DNA of 64,000 bases, taken from sequence record OR352954. One strand, 5' to 3'. Of this stretch, positions 37,910-48,034 are shown in pieces. Position 1 is the first letter of the stretch. Every line of letters begins with the position of its first letter. The stretch is from Escherichia phage AV124. A program made the position numbers and the translations under genes. A model generated the notes under the pieces. The model saw only the letters and a list, made by a program, of their open reading frames with translations. It was not told the origin of the DNA and made no database searches.

Positions 37910-38202
37910 TGACCTTTGGATAGCTTTTCTATCACGAGATGGTCTGAATCATCCAGGTGCATCAGGTGATCAACTCGGATATCATGCAGGTATGGGAGTC
38001 CATCAACGTGGCAAAGAAACCATGATTCGTGACGAGGATAATATCCATTTACACCGAGAACGGTCTTCTCCAGCACAAGACAACGTTTACCGTTAAGGAT
38101 ATTATTCTCCGAGAATCCATACAACAGGCAGATTGAATCAACACAAACCTTATGGTCTGGCTCATTACGATCAGGCATACCACTATCTTCTAATTTCAGC
38201 AT
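37906..38202 (-). CDS. hypothetical protein (opposite-strand cassette, gene 2)
   Basis: ATGCTGA start/stop overlap with upstream minus-strand ORF. Confidence 0.4.
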   Translation of the reverse strand: MLKLEDSGMPDRNEPDHKVCVDSICLLYGFSENNILNGKRCLVLEKTVLGVNGYYPRHESWFLCHVDGLPYLHDIRVDHLMHLDDSDHLVIEKLSKGQ

Positions 38203-38435
38203 TTTTTATCTCCAAAGTTAAGTTCGCCATTCAACTTTTGTACACGGTGCGGGAGAATTTCCTGCCACCACCAATCCTTCTCATGAAGACGATAAGACAC
38301 ATAGACCTCTACGGTATCCTCGTCCTTACGGACAGTCCTGGTATAGATATCCCGAATGGTTGCTTCGAATTGACCGTCAACAAGGACGACCTCGTAAATT
38401 TTGTACTTGTCTTGTTCAAGAATTTGTTCTGACAT
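38196..38435 (-). CDS. hypothetical protein (opposite-strand cassette, gene 1)
   Basis: AGGAGAT RBS before ATG on minus strand. Confidence 0.4.
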   Translation of the reverse strand: MSEQILEQDKYKIYEVVLVDGQFEATIRDIYTRTVRKDEDTVEVYVSYRLHEKDWWWQEILPHRVQKLNGELNFGDKKC

Positions 38436-38642
38436 TTTATCTCCTATTTGATTCTTTTTCCACCATGTTTTTCATAGATGGAGATGACTTTTTCTAAGTC
38501 TAGCACAGAAACGGTCTCGACAAACTCCACTCATCCTGTTCAAGCTCTTCTGCACAAGTAACACCGAAATCACTATAGTTCAAAATCAACCTCCTCTAAA
38601 GTCTGTACGGGGAGTATACCAACAAATTTGGTATCAATCAAC

Positions 38643-38672
38643 TGTTGACACGACCTCTTTTTCTGTCATAAT
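38643..38672 (+). promoter_or_regulatory. sigma70-type promoter (TTGACA + ATAAT-like -10)
   Basis: Consensus -35; resumes rightward transcription. Confidence 0.4.
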
Positions 38673-38842
38673 GCCAAGAAAAACAATTTCAGAGGAGAAA
38701 TCCTTGAGCATATTGTCAAAGCTGTCACCAACAACCAGAAAAAGAGAGACCAGTTTGAGAGAGGCTCATTAAATCGGGCAGTGATGACAGTGGCTATCGA
38801 TGAGCTTTTGTATGTTGGAGATTTCATAATGAAGAGGGGCGC

Positions 38843-38995
38843 ATGAAAAAATTCTGCGTCTATGGGTGGGTGAGCGTTGACAACGGCTGGTATTTGTGCA
38901 AATCTAGTGTCAGTGAAGACGAGCTTGCCAAGTTGCTGGACTACTACCGTAAAACTTGGCGTTATGTTAAGGGGATTTCTTACAATGAATAAATT
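38843..38995 (+). CDS. small protein
   Basis: 50-aa ORF not in track; ATGAATAA overlap with next gene. Confidence 0.3.
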
Positions 38996-39281
38996 TAGGC
39001 TAAAATGTCAGGGTGGGCGATGGTGGGTTCAGGAAAAGTTCTTTGGATTCATGTGGCTAACCATTTGGAATTCCTCTTTGACGAAAGAAAGTGCAATGGC
39101 AAAGATTGCAGAGCACGTTCAGGAAAAGGAGGATGAGTGCATTTACTATCCAACACAGGAAGAGATTATCTCCGCAGTCTCTGCTAAAATGGTGCGACCA
39201 AGTACACCTCCCTCTCCACCAGCAGACTACTCTTTAAAAAGGAGACAGATATGTTCGAATGGTTTAAGCGAAGAAAGCTAA
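38985..39281 (+). CDS. hypothetical protein
   Basis: Internal ATG of track ORF 38877..39281. Confidence 0.4.
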   Translation: MNKFRLKCQGGRWWVQEKFFGFMWLTIWNSSLTKESAMAKIAEHVQEKEDECIYYPTQEEIISAVSAKMVRPSTPPSPPADYSLKRRQICSNGLSEES

Positions 39282-39520
39282 ACCTGATAGGTACATCAAA
39301 GTGGCAAATCAACTGGACAGATACAGGGTGTCAAGAGAAAGGGGTGTGGCTATATTACCAGTCAGAAAGTGGTAGACGGGAGATCGAATCATCTGCCATT
39401 CCCTGGGTCTATAAAGGTATGGGTGGTGAAACTCGCCTCCCAGGATATCCTGAGGCCCTGACGTGGTTGCGAGGAGGCACCCTACCAAAAAGCTTTGTTG
39501 GTGTTAAGGAGACGTTATGA
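39251..39520 (+). CDS. hypothetical protein
   Basis: ORF. Confidence 0.4.
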   Translation: MFEWFKRRKLNLIGTSKWQINWTDTGCQEKGVWLYYQSESGRREIESSAIPWVYKGMGGETRLPGYPEALTWLRGGTLPKSFVGVKETL

Positions 39521-39762
39521 TTCAAGACGATTTTGAGTTGATAAAAAGAAACCTTCAGGAGTCTAGGAGCAATGGGATTTATTTCCGTGACCCGGCATGG
39601 CTGAAAGGAATTTACATCTATCTTTCCCAAAAAGGTAGTTTGTACATGGTCTACAACTTGGAGGACATGTTTGGAGGTGAGGGTTATCGATACACCCAGA
39701 TCAACGAGTACGATCTCCCTAACCTCGGTTGTAACTTTGAGATTTGGGAAGGTTCTGTATGA
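39517..39762 (+). CDS. hypothetical protein
   Basis: ORF, ATGA overlap. Confidence 0.4.
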   Translation: MIQDDFELIKRNLQESRSNGIYFRDPAWLKGIYIYLSQKGSLYMVYNLEDMFGGEGYRYTQINEYDLPNLGCNFEIWEGSV

Positions 39763-39935
39763 TTGAAATCTGGAAAACCTTGGGGTGTGTCATCATGACC
39801 ATTATTATGGGGACTGGCTTGGTGCTGACAACAGAATTCCGTGAATTCTTAGGGATGTTGTTGTTTGGAATGGCATTCGCATTCTGGGCTAACCTTTTCC
39901 TTGTCCGTTTTTGGCGGCTATTAGAAAATTATTAG
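39744..39935 (+). CDS. small membrane protein
   Basis: Two TM-like helices. Confidence 0.35.
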   Translation: MGRFCMIEIWKTLGCVIMTIIMGTGLVLTTEFREFLGMLLFGMAFAFWANLFLVRFWRLLENY

Positions 39936-39943
39936 GAGACCAC

Positions 39944-40102
39944 ATGGGAAGCACTTTTACTGTTCAATACTGGACAAACGCCTACGAAGGCGAGTATAAA
40001 TACTACGTGTTCTGGCAGGGCGAGAGCTTTGACGAGGCCATTCGGCAGATGGTAAAATGTAAGGACAAAGGCTACGGTTGCGTGAAGCTGGAATGGCGTT
40101 AA
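39944..40102 (+). CDS. small protein
   Basis: AGGAGA RBS before ATG 39944. Confidence 0.4.
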   Translation: MGSTFTVQYWTNAYEGEYKYYVFWQGESFDEAIRQMVKCKDKGYGCVKLEWR

Positions 40103-40300
40103 CATATGGGCGCGAAGCGCCGCGCCGCCTCAATCCAGTACCCCCGCTACGCCGGGGCCTGGATTTTGCCGTCGATCTTTTTGTGAAGGAGTTTTCGTGG
40201 AAAATGTTAAAAAGGCATTAGAGCATCTTGATACAACGCGTCCCGGTATTCGATGGGCGGAAGGAGTTTCTAAGTTAATACCGACACCGGGAGTTATGAA

Positions 40301-40495
40301 ATGACCACAGAAGAATACCTGAAAGAACTCTCTGATGAGCGACTGATTGAGTATGCCGAGACGGCAGAGAGTTACCTGGTAGAACACCCAGAACCTGAAA
40401 TTCTAAAAGGTCGTAGCCAAGTCCGTAAATGGGCCAGCTTTGCTCGTGAAGAGCTGGAACGTCGTAGATTAACGAAGGTGGGGAATGGAAAATAA
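40301..40495 (+). CDS. hypothetical protein
   Basis: ORF. Confidence 0.4.
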   Translation: MTTEEYLKELSDERLIEYAETAESYLVEHPEPEILKGRSQVRKWASFAREELERRRLTKVGNGK

Positions 40496-40805
40496 CATAA
40501 CCAGTCTTATTAGAAAGATAAGAGATATTTTCCCGCCTCAAGTAGACGTCAGTTGGGTAGGAAAAAACGGAAAATGTTATCAAGTAGCCTTGGTGCTCAG
40601 ACACATTTTCCCGGATTCAGAAATATGTTACTCCCCAAGTGAAGGCCATGTTTATACCAAAATAGGGAAGGTGTTCTACGATATAGAGGGGGCACATTTA
40701 TCCGTCCCTCCCGATACCACCAGATTGGATCATAACCGTGGGCACAAGCCGCACAGATGGCATAAAAGCTTTGGTGACATACCTATCGATAAATGGATAA
40801 TATGA
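40485..40805 (+). CDS. hypothetical protein
   Basis: ORF. Confidence 0.4.
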   Translation: MENNITSLIRKIRDIFPPQVDVSWVGKNGKCYQVALVLRHIFPDSEICYSPSEGHVYTKIGKVFYDIEGAHLSVPPDTTRLDHNRGHKPHRWHKSFGDIPIDKWII

Positions 40806-40806
40806 G

Positions 40807-41043
40807 ATGAACACCCTAAACACCTACACGAAAGTCTTTCACTTCTGGTGGCAAAATCTGGGAAGGCTCGATGTCGGCTCAAAAGATGAGGCACTCAGAG
40901 GTTGGCGAGACTGTATGCTTAAGCAGCACGAAATCAATGACAAAGGGAGTATCCTTCGGGGAACAGATGCTTATTGCTTGGGGTGGAACGCCGCTGTCGA
41001 GTTTATTCTTGGGGAGAATTACTATGGCTTACAGAACATTTGA
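40807..41043 (+). CDS. hypothetical protein
   Basis: ORF. Confidence 0.4.
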   Translation: MNTLNTYTKVFHFWWQNLGRLDVGSKDEALRGWRDCMLKQHEINDKGSILRGTDAYCLGWNAAVEFILGENYYGLQNI

Positions 41044-41227
41044 TGAATGGAACGCCCGTGGGAGGATCGTCAAAAAGGGCGAGAAAGCTATGGGTCACCT
41101 TCTTGACGGAACTGCTCTTTTTGGGAAGGAACAGACCAAAGGGAAAAAGAGTCGTGACTGGGGAGAGACTGACCTGGGTGATGCGCCAGACTCCTGGTAC
41201 ATGGGTGGGCCTGAGGATTATTATTAA
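41024..41227 (+). CDS. hypothetical protein
   Basis: Internal ATG of track ORF 40871..41227. Confidence 0.35.
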   Translation: MAYRTFDEWNARGRIVKKGEKAMGHLLDGTALFGKEQTKGKKSRDWGETDLGDAPDSWYMGGPEDYY

Positions 41228-41511
41228 TGAAACATATCCTACTGAAGAAGTGCAAACCTATAACCTACTGCAAATTCTGCAAAGCCATTGGTATACGCAG
41301 GCGTTGCACAGTTATGACGAAATACCAACCGCCGTGGGGACTGCGTGACTGGTACAAGCATTACGCCTGTGATGAACACAAACACCTGATTGAAGACCCC
41401 GACCCACGGGGAATCATGGAAGCTGCTGCAAAGAACCCTGCCCCACCACAAAAAGTTGCACGTGATGAGCACCACACAGAAGCTGACTATCAAACCTGGA
41501 TGAGGCTATAA
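41227..41511 (+). CDS. Cys-rich protein
   Basis: CKPITYCKFC...C...CDEHKH. Confidence 0.4.
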   Translation: MKHILLKKCKPITYCKFCKAIGIRRRCTVMTKYQPPWGLRDWYKHYACDEHKHLIEDPDPRGIMEAAAKNPAPPQKVARDEHHTEADYQTWMRL

Positions 41512-41940
41512 ATGATAAAACATTGCCATAATTGCAGTGCCTGTTGTGAAGTTATCGCCATAGATAACATCACGCACGAAGAATTTCACGAAAAGGTCAG
41601 GACCGGAAGAGTATCGGCTATCCACGGGGAGATGATGAAACCAATCTCCAGGGATGAGGCCTACAAACGGAATCCTCTTGTTGTTACAGGTCGTGAAGAG
41701 GTTGGTAAAGGAACAAAACACTTCACCAGCTACTTTACCTGCACAAAGCTGAAAGACAACAAGTGCTCAATATACGGGGATCGCCCGTACATGTGCAGCG
41801 GATATCCGTTCTATGACCGAGTGCCTGTGGACACACAATCACATGCTTCTCTGTGCAAGACACAGCTTCGCAGGAAGGACACCCCGTACTCCTCAACATG
41901 CACGTATGTCCCAAACCTGATCGCAGTCAAGAATATCTGA
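41512..41940 (+). CDS. CxxCxxCC-motif (YkgJ-like) metal-chelating protein
   Basis: HCHNCSACC N-terminal motif plus further conserved Cys. Confidence 0.4.
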   Translation: MIKHCHNCSACCEVIAIDNITHEEFHEKVRTGRVSAIHGEMMKPISRDEAYKRNPLVVTGREEVGKGTKHFTSYFTCTKLKDNKCSIYGDRPYMCSGYPFYDRVPVDTQSHASLCKTQLRRKDTPYSSTCTYVPNLIAVKNI

Positions 41941-41953
41941 CCCACACAACAAG

Positions 41954-41980
41954 GGAGCCTGAAGAGGCTCCTTTTCTTTT
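41954..41980 (+). terminator. rho-independent terminator
   Basis: ggagcc-tgaaga-ggctcc hairpin + ttttctttt; ends rightward block. Confidence 0.65.
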
Positions 41981-41994
41981 ATCTAAATTTTCCT

Positions 41995-42022
41995 TGACGT
42001 AAACAGTCAGCCCTGATATAGT
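41995..42022 (+). promoter_or_regulatory. sigma70-type promoter (TTGACG-N16-TATAGT)
   Basis: Hexamers just after terminator, reading into the non-coding region. Confidence 0.4.
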
Positions 42023-42029
42023 CATTATA

Positions 42030-43855
42030 CGCCAAATCTCCTGAAGCGGGAGGATACAATCACCACCCCTGCGTGAAAGGTTGCACATCCCATTAACACA
42101 CATAATATGAAGGGTCTCCCCGATATGTCGATAAAACACCATTTCATAAACACATTGCCGTAACGTGTCGATGCCATAAACATTACGGTGCGAAGCACTT
42201 TGCCAAAGGCAAAAACCTCCGGTGCTATAAATATATCGCCTTGGGCGATTAGCCAGAGGCTAACCCGTACACGGGTAAATATATCGCGTAAACAGGCCCC
42301 TGTTTTCCCCGTATAACCACCCCTTCCCCCCGTGGGGAAATCAAAACATACCCCCTGCCGAAAATATCACTTGCCGAAAAATATCATGGCTTGGTCCTTG
42401 GGTAAAAAATATTGTATTCGCACCATCTGCGGTGTTAGACGGACAGCTCCGGGCGTCAACTATCTTTACGGATCTTTACAAAATATCATGGGCAAGGTCG
42501 ATCCGGTTCCCGGTTCCTCGGGGCCTCTTCAGGCATGATAGTTACTTGCCGAAACTAATAATAATTGGGTGTGTCAGATAGCAAGCTTATGGTTTGCCAG
42601 CTTAGAGCACGATTTGCTATTGACTTGTTTATATTTATATGAATTACACCATTTAACATAAAACACGTTATACGCACTGACCAACAACGCATAGCAGACT
42701 AATAATGCCCCAATGTTACCAGTGTGACGCATAGGACAGCCGCTTCAGGTCATTACATGGTGTGACTGTTACTGTGGTGATAGTTTCATATGTGATTATT
42801 CATGTTTTAGGGTTGTTTTGTGAATGAGACGACGAATGAGAATCATTATTATTTCGATTTCGAATTCAATTTCGAAATGAGAATCATTCCGCAAATATAA
42901 ATATTTTGTAAATTTATAAATAAAAGCTTGACGAGGGAAGAGAATCGTGTTTAGCAATACATACTCTTTGAGCATCATTATCATTTGCGACTAATTCCCA
43001 TAAACCCTTGCTACGCAAGGGATTGATAGATATTTTCGATAATAAAAACACTTGACACTTCAGATAAAATCATGCTCAAAAACAAGCCTTTTCTCATAAG
43101 ATACGATCATCATTCTAATGGTTTGTCAACCATTAAACACGAATTAATTTGATTAAACTGCTAATTGTTTACAGGGTTTACTATCATCAGCGACACAATA
43201 ACACAATGCCCTTCGGGTTGTTTTCGCCACGGAAAACAATGTCCAGATTGACCAAAGGGGTTTTGTGAATCCCCTTTATCTGGACACAATAACACTAGGG
43301 CGATCAACGATAGTTGATCGGTGTTATCGTGGCGATGTGATAAAGTTTCATTGCTAATCATTACAGATGTAATGATAATATACTGTGATAATTTCGTCCT
43401 TGATCGTAGCGTCTACGAGCCACGATAACGCGAACGAGAATGCGATTTGTTCGCATTTGAGTTACCCTAGTGTTATTGTGTCGCTCGCTCCGCTCGCGCC
43501 ACTCCCCACGATTCGCGAACGAGAAATTTTATTGACAGAAAATGATTTCTATGCTCATAAAAAGCCAGTTCACACAATGAGTTAGATGAGGAAAGTTATC
43601 ATTATAGTGATTTATGCTCATATTCACTTCCAGTGCATAGAAATTCATGATTTATTCAGTTAATAACATGCGTTATTAATTAGGTGGGGTTGTGGGGTGA
43701 AAAGCCAGGACCGACACACAATTAAACGCAATATAAAGCGTTTTGAGCGTGGTTATCGGTTACCCTCATCATGGTATGTCTTGTGTTAGATCTCAATTAT
43801 GCACTTTTTTGCATAGCGGCGGGGCCGTGGTGTGGGTTGTTTATGGTGTGGATCT
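42030..43855. other. ~1.9-kb non-coding, palindrome- and repeat-rich region (candidate origin / regulatory region)
   Basis: No convincing ORF; numerous direct repeats, palindromes and nested inverted repeats. Confidence 0.5.
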
Positions 43856-43857
43856 GC

Positions 43858-43885
43858 AAAGAGAAAAGCCAGGTAAAAACCTGGC
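43858..43885 (-). terminator. rho-independent terminator for leftward block
   Basis: gccagg-taaaaa-cctggc hairpin; U tract on minus strand. Confidence 0.55.
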
Positions 43886-44142
43886 CTTTGTGTGATTGTC
43901 TTATGACTGGCTAGCCATATTGTTTTAGATAGTTTACAGCGGAAATTATTGCTTGTGCTCGGCTGTACTCTTCGCCGTTCACACGATAGCGCCGCGCGCC
44001 TTTATGGCACTGGGTGATCATAACCTGGATTATTCCATCCATAACATAGAATGCTTTACTTACGAATAAAATCATCTGATACTTTGCAACCGTGATCCGT
44101 GGCGTATGTTATCGCGTCATCAATTTTTAACATGTCACAACC

Positions 44143-44355
44143 TCATTCATTGATTAGTTTAAATTCCGCTTCAGGGTGATAAAGATCAGCCATATAGCGC
44201 ATTTTGTAATAGAAAGATACTTCCACAATGTGAGGCGCTTCGATTTCTATTTGTGTGATGAGAACGCTACCCGGCTTAAATCCTGGGGCGATGTCCGGTA
44301 ATTCGATAATCATTCCGCCTTTTAAATCTTTCGCTTTTACAGTTCCCATGATCAT
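44143..44355 (-). CDS. hypothetical protein
   Basis: ORF. Confidence 0.45.
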   Translation of the reverse strand: MIMGTVKAKDLKGGMIIELPDIAPGFKPGSVLITQIEIEAPHIVEVSFYYKMRYMADLYHPEAEFKLINE

Positions 44356-44585
44356 TAGCCTTTTTTACGTTTCATTACTTTGATCGCTTTTATGCCTTTT
44401 TGTTCGAAAAATTCCGGGCTTCGCAATTGTGCGGCACTGCTACGGCTTTTTACCTTAGTAGACAATACACCATAATAGCGCCCGTCATCATACTGACCAA
44501 TAAAATAAAAATCGTTTACGCCATATTTTTCATCCCCTGCTTTCTGGATGATTTCGGATAACTTGTCAATACTAATATTAATCAT
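44355..44585 (-). CDS. hypothetical protein
   Basis: ORF. Confidence 0.45.
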   Translation of the reverse strand: MINISIDKLSEIIQKAGDEKYGVNDFYFIGQYDDGRYYGVLSTKVKSRSSAAQLRSPEFFEQKGIKAIKVMKRKKG

Positions 44586-44633
44586 AATTGCTTTACCTCA
44601 AAGGATAGCGGGGCGGCTAGCGCCCCGGTTTGA

Positions 44634-44963
44634 TTATTTGTTAAGCTCTTTATATTCAGCGATCCAGCGGGTAAAAATCTCATACTGTTTTTGTGCTGCT
44701 TTCGCTGTTTTGTGAGAGATAACAGTTATATACCAGCAATTTCCTAAAACATAACCGGATGAATGATAAACCCACGGATATTTCGGATCGATCTCTTTCA
44801 GTTCTTTTTGACGTTCTGGGGACTCGCTCCAGACGTGAGAGACAAAATCAACGGCAGTATAACGGGGAACTTCAAGCGGGACACGCTGACCGAAAGCGTC
44901 AAACTTAAAATTGTGCGACTCTAAATGCTTGTCTAAAAAGGTGAAAAATTCTGATTTTGTCAT
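44634..44963 (-). CDS. hypothetical protein
   Basis: ORF. Confidence 0.45.
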   Translation of the reverse strand: MTKSEFFTFLDKHLESHNFKFDAFGQRVPLEVPRYTAVDFVSHVWSESPERQKELKEIDPKYPWVYHSSGYVLGNCWYITVISHKTAKAAQKQYEIFTRWIAEYKELNK

Positions 44964-45210
44964 TTCCGTTTACCTCGTCAAGTTGTTTTCGTTTGTTTGC
45001 CCTACGAGATAAATAATAATATAAGCGGGGATCGCTGTAAATAGCTCTTTACGTATCTTTACATTACTGTCGTTGTTGAGAGTAATTCTCATTACCGGAA
45101 TAGCGGGCACCTCCGGTGGCTTTCCTCCGGTATCCATCGTTGCCGCTTCAAAAAAGAATAGCAAAAACCAGGACCGAAAGCAAGCCCTAGAATTGTAAAG
45201 ATTTTGCCTA

Positions 45211-45678
45211 TCATACCAGGCCGGATCGCTTCGCCTTTGCAATGTCTGAATATAATTTCCTGAAGTATGCCGGGCCTCGCTCGTTTACTCTCACATATTC
45301 ATCACGCGCCGCCAACTGGTGATCGTCGGGTAATAACCCATGATAACCACTGCTAACAACGGCAATCCGCTTTTTGTTGCAGTCATAGTAAACATATGAA
45401 CCATCGGCTAGATAAATTGTGCAGTTCTGCCGGATGTAGGGTATCAAATACGCGTTGCCCTGGTGCCGGATTTTGTAAAGCGCCATTTGTCCATTGTAGA
45501 TCCGGCGGACGTGATAAGGGTCATTGATTGCCTGGTGAATGTTTTCCTTCCAGGCCTGGCGAGCGTTGCCAACATTACGGATCAGCGCTTCCACCTCTGG
45601 GATCACGACGTTAGCACGGGCGGCGGCTTTTGCCTGGTCTGATAATTCATCGTAATAAAACATTCGTACACTAATCAT
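45211..45678 (-). CDS. hypothetical protein
   Basis: ORF. Confidence 0.45.
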   Translation of the reverse strand: MISVRMFYYDELSDQAKAAARANVVIPEVEALIRNVGNARQAWKENIHQAINDPYHVRRIYNGQMALYKIRHQGNAYLIPYIRQNCTIYLADGSYVYYDCNKKRIAVVSSGYHGLLPDDHQLAARDEYVRVNERGPAYFRKLYSDIAKAKRSGLV

Positions 45679-45824
45679 TTTTTAATCCCCATGAAAGGAA
45701 AGCAAGCCAGATCGGCGGGGCGCAAGTGGTTAACACGTCGCCAGCCTTTTGGCGTTTCAACAAAAACGCGGTTTTCAATCCAGTGATAAATTTTACCAGA
45801 TCGCATATTGAGAAAACGTATCAT
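45675..45824 (-). CDS. small protein
   Basis: 49-aa ORF not in track; ATGA overlap with downstream gene. Confidence 0.3.
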   Translation of the reverse strand: MIRFLNMRSGKIYHWIENRVFVETPKGWRRVNHLRPADLACFPFMGIKK

Positions 45825-45873
45825 TTGCGTTTATCCGTAAAAGTTGCCCCGGATCGCCGGGGCCTGGTGTACA

Positions 45874-46644
45874 TTATGCCACAATGGCGGGACGGTTTAC
45901 AACGGTTGTTTTTACGTCCTGATAGGTATCGTGTTTTTTAACGGTAGCCTTAAACTTAACAACCGCGCCAACCGGGCCGAACTCTTTTGATCCGATGTAT
46001 GTTACTAGGTCATCGCCCTGGCGGACTTTGATAATATAGTATGATGATTGATTCCATTCATCAATTTTGAGATAAGAGAAAACGATCTCACCCTCAAAAA
46101 CCAGGCGATCGCCAATGTTACCGATCCAATTGCTTTTTAAATCCTCGGCTTTACGCTCGGCGCGTTTCTGGTCACGGGCTGCAATGTAACCATGATCAAG
46201 AGCATAACCCAAACACGCCGCGCTTAGTGCTTCCATTACCGGGCCGTTATCTGGCTTGTTTGCCATATCAGCAAAAAATAAAACATAGGATTCTTTAACA
46301 TCGGCAAACGTTTTACCGCAATGCTTGCCAAAAGGAAAGCGCCCCGCTTCGATTTCTTCGATCCGGGCGGTATCGACGATCGACAATTTACCGCGACGTT
46401 GCCCCAGCTCAAAATCTGCGTAGCCTGCAAAAACTTGTTCAAAGTTTTCTGTGTTGGCGATCCGCGCGGTTACTCGATCAAAATATTCCTTTGCTTTAGT
46501 TTCTGCTTTTTGGGGATCGGTTGAAAGATTGCAGATGTAAGAATCTGCAAAAACGCCACCGCCAAAGTTACGGCGGCGCAATGTATACATTGCATTCAGC
46601 TTGCCGGAGTCGATGTAATAGGTAACGGTGATTTTAGTAGTCAT
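45874..46644 (-). CDS. hypothetical protein
   Basis: 256-aa ORF. Confidence 0.5.
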   Translation of the reverse strand: MTTKITVTYYIDSGKLNAMYTLRRRNFGGGVFADSYICNLSTDPQKAETKAKEYFDRVTARIANTENFEQVFAGYADFELGQRRGKLSIVDTARIEEIEAGRFPFGKHCGKTFADVKESYVLFFADMANKPDNGPVMEALSAACLGYALDHGYIAARDQKRAERKAEDLKSNWIGNIGDRLVFEGEIVFSYLKIDEWNQSSYYIIKVRQGDDLVTYIGSKEFGPVGAVVKFKATVKKHDTYQDVKTTVVNRPAIVA

Positions 46645-46751
46645 TCTGTTTTACCTCGATTTGTGGGCCGTCGCATCATTGCCGCCCTATACATTAAATA
46701 TAATAAAAGTCGCTCACGTTTGCAAGCGACTTTTTAGATTAATTTTCTCAA

Positions 46752-47075
46752 TTAGTTAGCACGGAAAACATCGTTTACAATAGCAGTTGTAAACATCCAG
46801 ACCAGATCCGGGGTGGTTATCGGCAGGCTGTCAGCCTGTTTTATTGTTACTCCGCTTCTTTCAAGAGTGTAGGCGATAAAATGACGGTTTTCAAGTTTTC
46901 CACTATGTGATTGAATAGATTTTTCAGTACGGATCAGGACGGTTAAACGGTCCGCTTGTTCGCTGTCATTCTCATGACAAAACACTAACATGGTTTTTTC
47001 TCCCTGGCGATTAAAGTCACAATTAACATTATCGTTAACATTTTCCAGAAAGAAAAATTTGTTTGCCTTTTCCAT
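46752..47075 (-). CDS. hypothetical protein
   Basis: ORF. Confidence 0.45.
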   Translation of the reverse strand: MEKANKFFFLENVNDNVNCDFNRQGEKTMLVFCHENDSEQADRLTVLIRTEKSIQSHSGKLENRHFIAYTLERSGVTIKQADSLPITTPDLVWMFTTAIVNDVFRAN

Positions 47076-47146
47076 ACTATTTTACCTTTTTGTTAGTGGG
47101 CCAATCTTGCCCGGTCCAAGTAATATAGCCTAACCGGGCCGGGTGA

Positions 47147-47443
47147 TCAATGATTATTTTCTTTTTCGGCGTACATCTGGATCAAGCTGGCTGCGTCGAT
47201 ATTGTCAACAAAAAACGAGGATACCGCCACCGCCGGATCACCGTCTACTGGTTCACCATCCGGCATAGGTTCGACTTCTGGCGATGGTATGCACGCCGGA
47301 TTAATCCAGCGCCCATAGCGCTGATAGTCAACGGCGACGATCTCGCAAGTCAATTGATCATCATAGCTTTCTACTACATAATCGCCACACTGTTTTAAGG
47401 CTAGCGCACTATAAAAACACACACCCGCGAATACTTCGAACAT
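47147..47443 (-). CDS. hypothetical protein
   Basis: ORF. Confidence 0.45.
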   Translation of the reverse strand: MFEVFAGVCFYSALALKQCGDYVVESYDDQLTCEIVAVDYQRYGRWINPACIPSPEVEPMPDGEPVDGDPAVAVSSFFVDNIDAASLIQMYAEKENNH

Positions 47444-47453
47444 GTTAACCGCC

Positions 47454-47696
47454 TTATTTTTTCAGAGTAATGATCGGGCGCTTGTCGCCCTCTTTGACGC
47501 CAGGATCTAACGTATCGCAGATCCCCACTTGCTCACCCTTTTTCAAAGTGTAGCTGTTTTCGTACACCTCGCAAGCTTGTTCGTCATCAAAAACTTTCTT
47601 TACAGTCCAATCACATTGTAATGACATTGAACTAACAGAAATGTGACAAGCTAATAAAATAAATCCGAACATGGTAGCCGCCTTAATGGGGCGCAA
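47454..47696 (-). CDS. small lipoprotein-like protein
   Basis: Signal peptide with lipobox-like LLAC. Confidence 0.45.
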   Translation of the reverse strand: MRPIKAATMFGFILLACHISVSSMSLQCDWTVKKVFDDEQACEVYENSYTLKKGEQVGICDTLDPGVKEGDKRPIITLKK

Positions 47697-47710
47697 GGCC
47701 CCGCTATTGA

Positions 47711-48034
47711 TTATTTGTTGATCTGGTTTGTCTGATTATAGATCCCATATTGAACACGGGACACGGTAACAGATTGAGGGAGTAAGCAACGAACACGATC
47801 CGCGCGGTTGTCATATTTTTTAATATGCGCCGGAGTATTGTTGCGGGTAAACTTAACACGCAAACGTAATTTATTTGGATCGCGGTCATCGATGCCGGTT
47901 ACCACACCGAAAGCGATTTGGCCATAGTTATGATAAACCATTTTACCCAGAAATTTTGATTCAAGATCGGCGATGTTAGATTTTACGTTTTGCATGTTGT
48001 TTACCTTTTTCAGAGTGGCGGTGAATTCCGCCAC
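47711..48034 (-). CDS. hypothetical protein
   Basis: ORF. Confidence 0.45.
   Translation of the reverse strand: MAEFTATLKKVNNMQNVKSNIADLESKFLGKMVYHNYGQIAFGVVTGIDDRDPNKLRLRVKFTRNNTPAHIKKYDNRADRVRCLLPQSVTVSRVQYGIYNQTNQINK

Noticed and set aside
40102-40300. GC-rich hairpin (ggcgcg-aag-cgccgcgcc) as a terminator, and a 35-aa GTG-initiated ORF
   Set aside because: Hairpin lacks a following U tract and the tiny ORF has no RBS; left unannotated.
42332-42538. 68-aa ORF inside the non-coding region
   Set aside because: No RBS, Pro/Gly/Arg-rich translation, and it lies across repeat elements; likely not a gene.
41990-43860. tRNA genes in the large non-coding region (expected given the CCA-adding enzyme)
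   Set aside because: No T-loop consensus (GGTTCRANTCC) or cloverleaf-compatible segments found by eye anywhere in the window; a proper tRNAscan run is still needed.
43900-44142. Two very small minus-strand ORFs (about 24 and 43 aa) at the 3' end of the leftward block
   Set aside because: Weak or absent RBS and very short length; plausible but not supportable from sequence alone.
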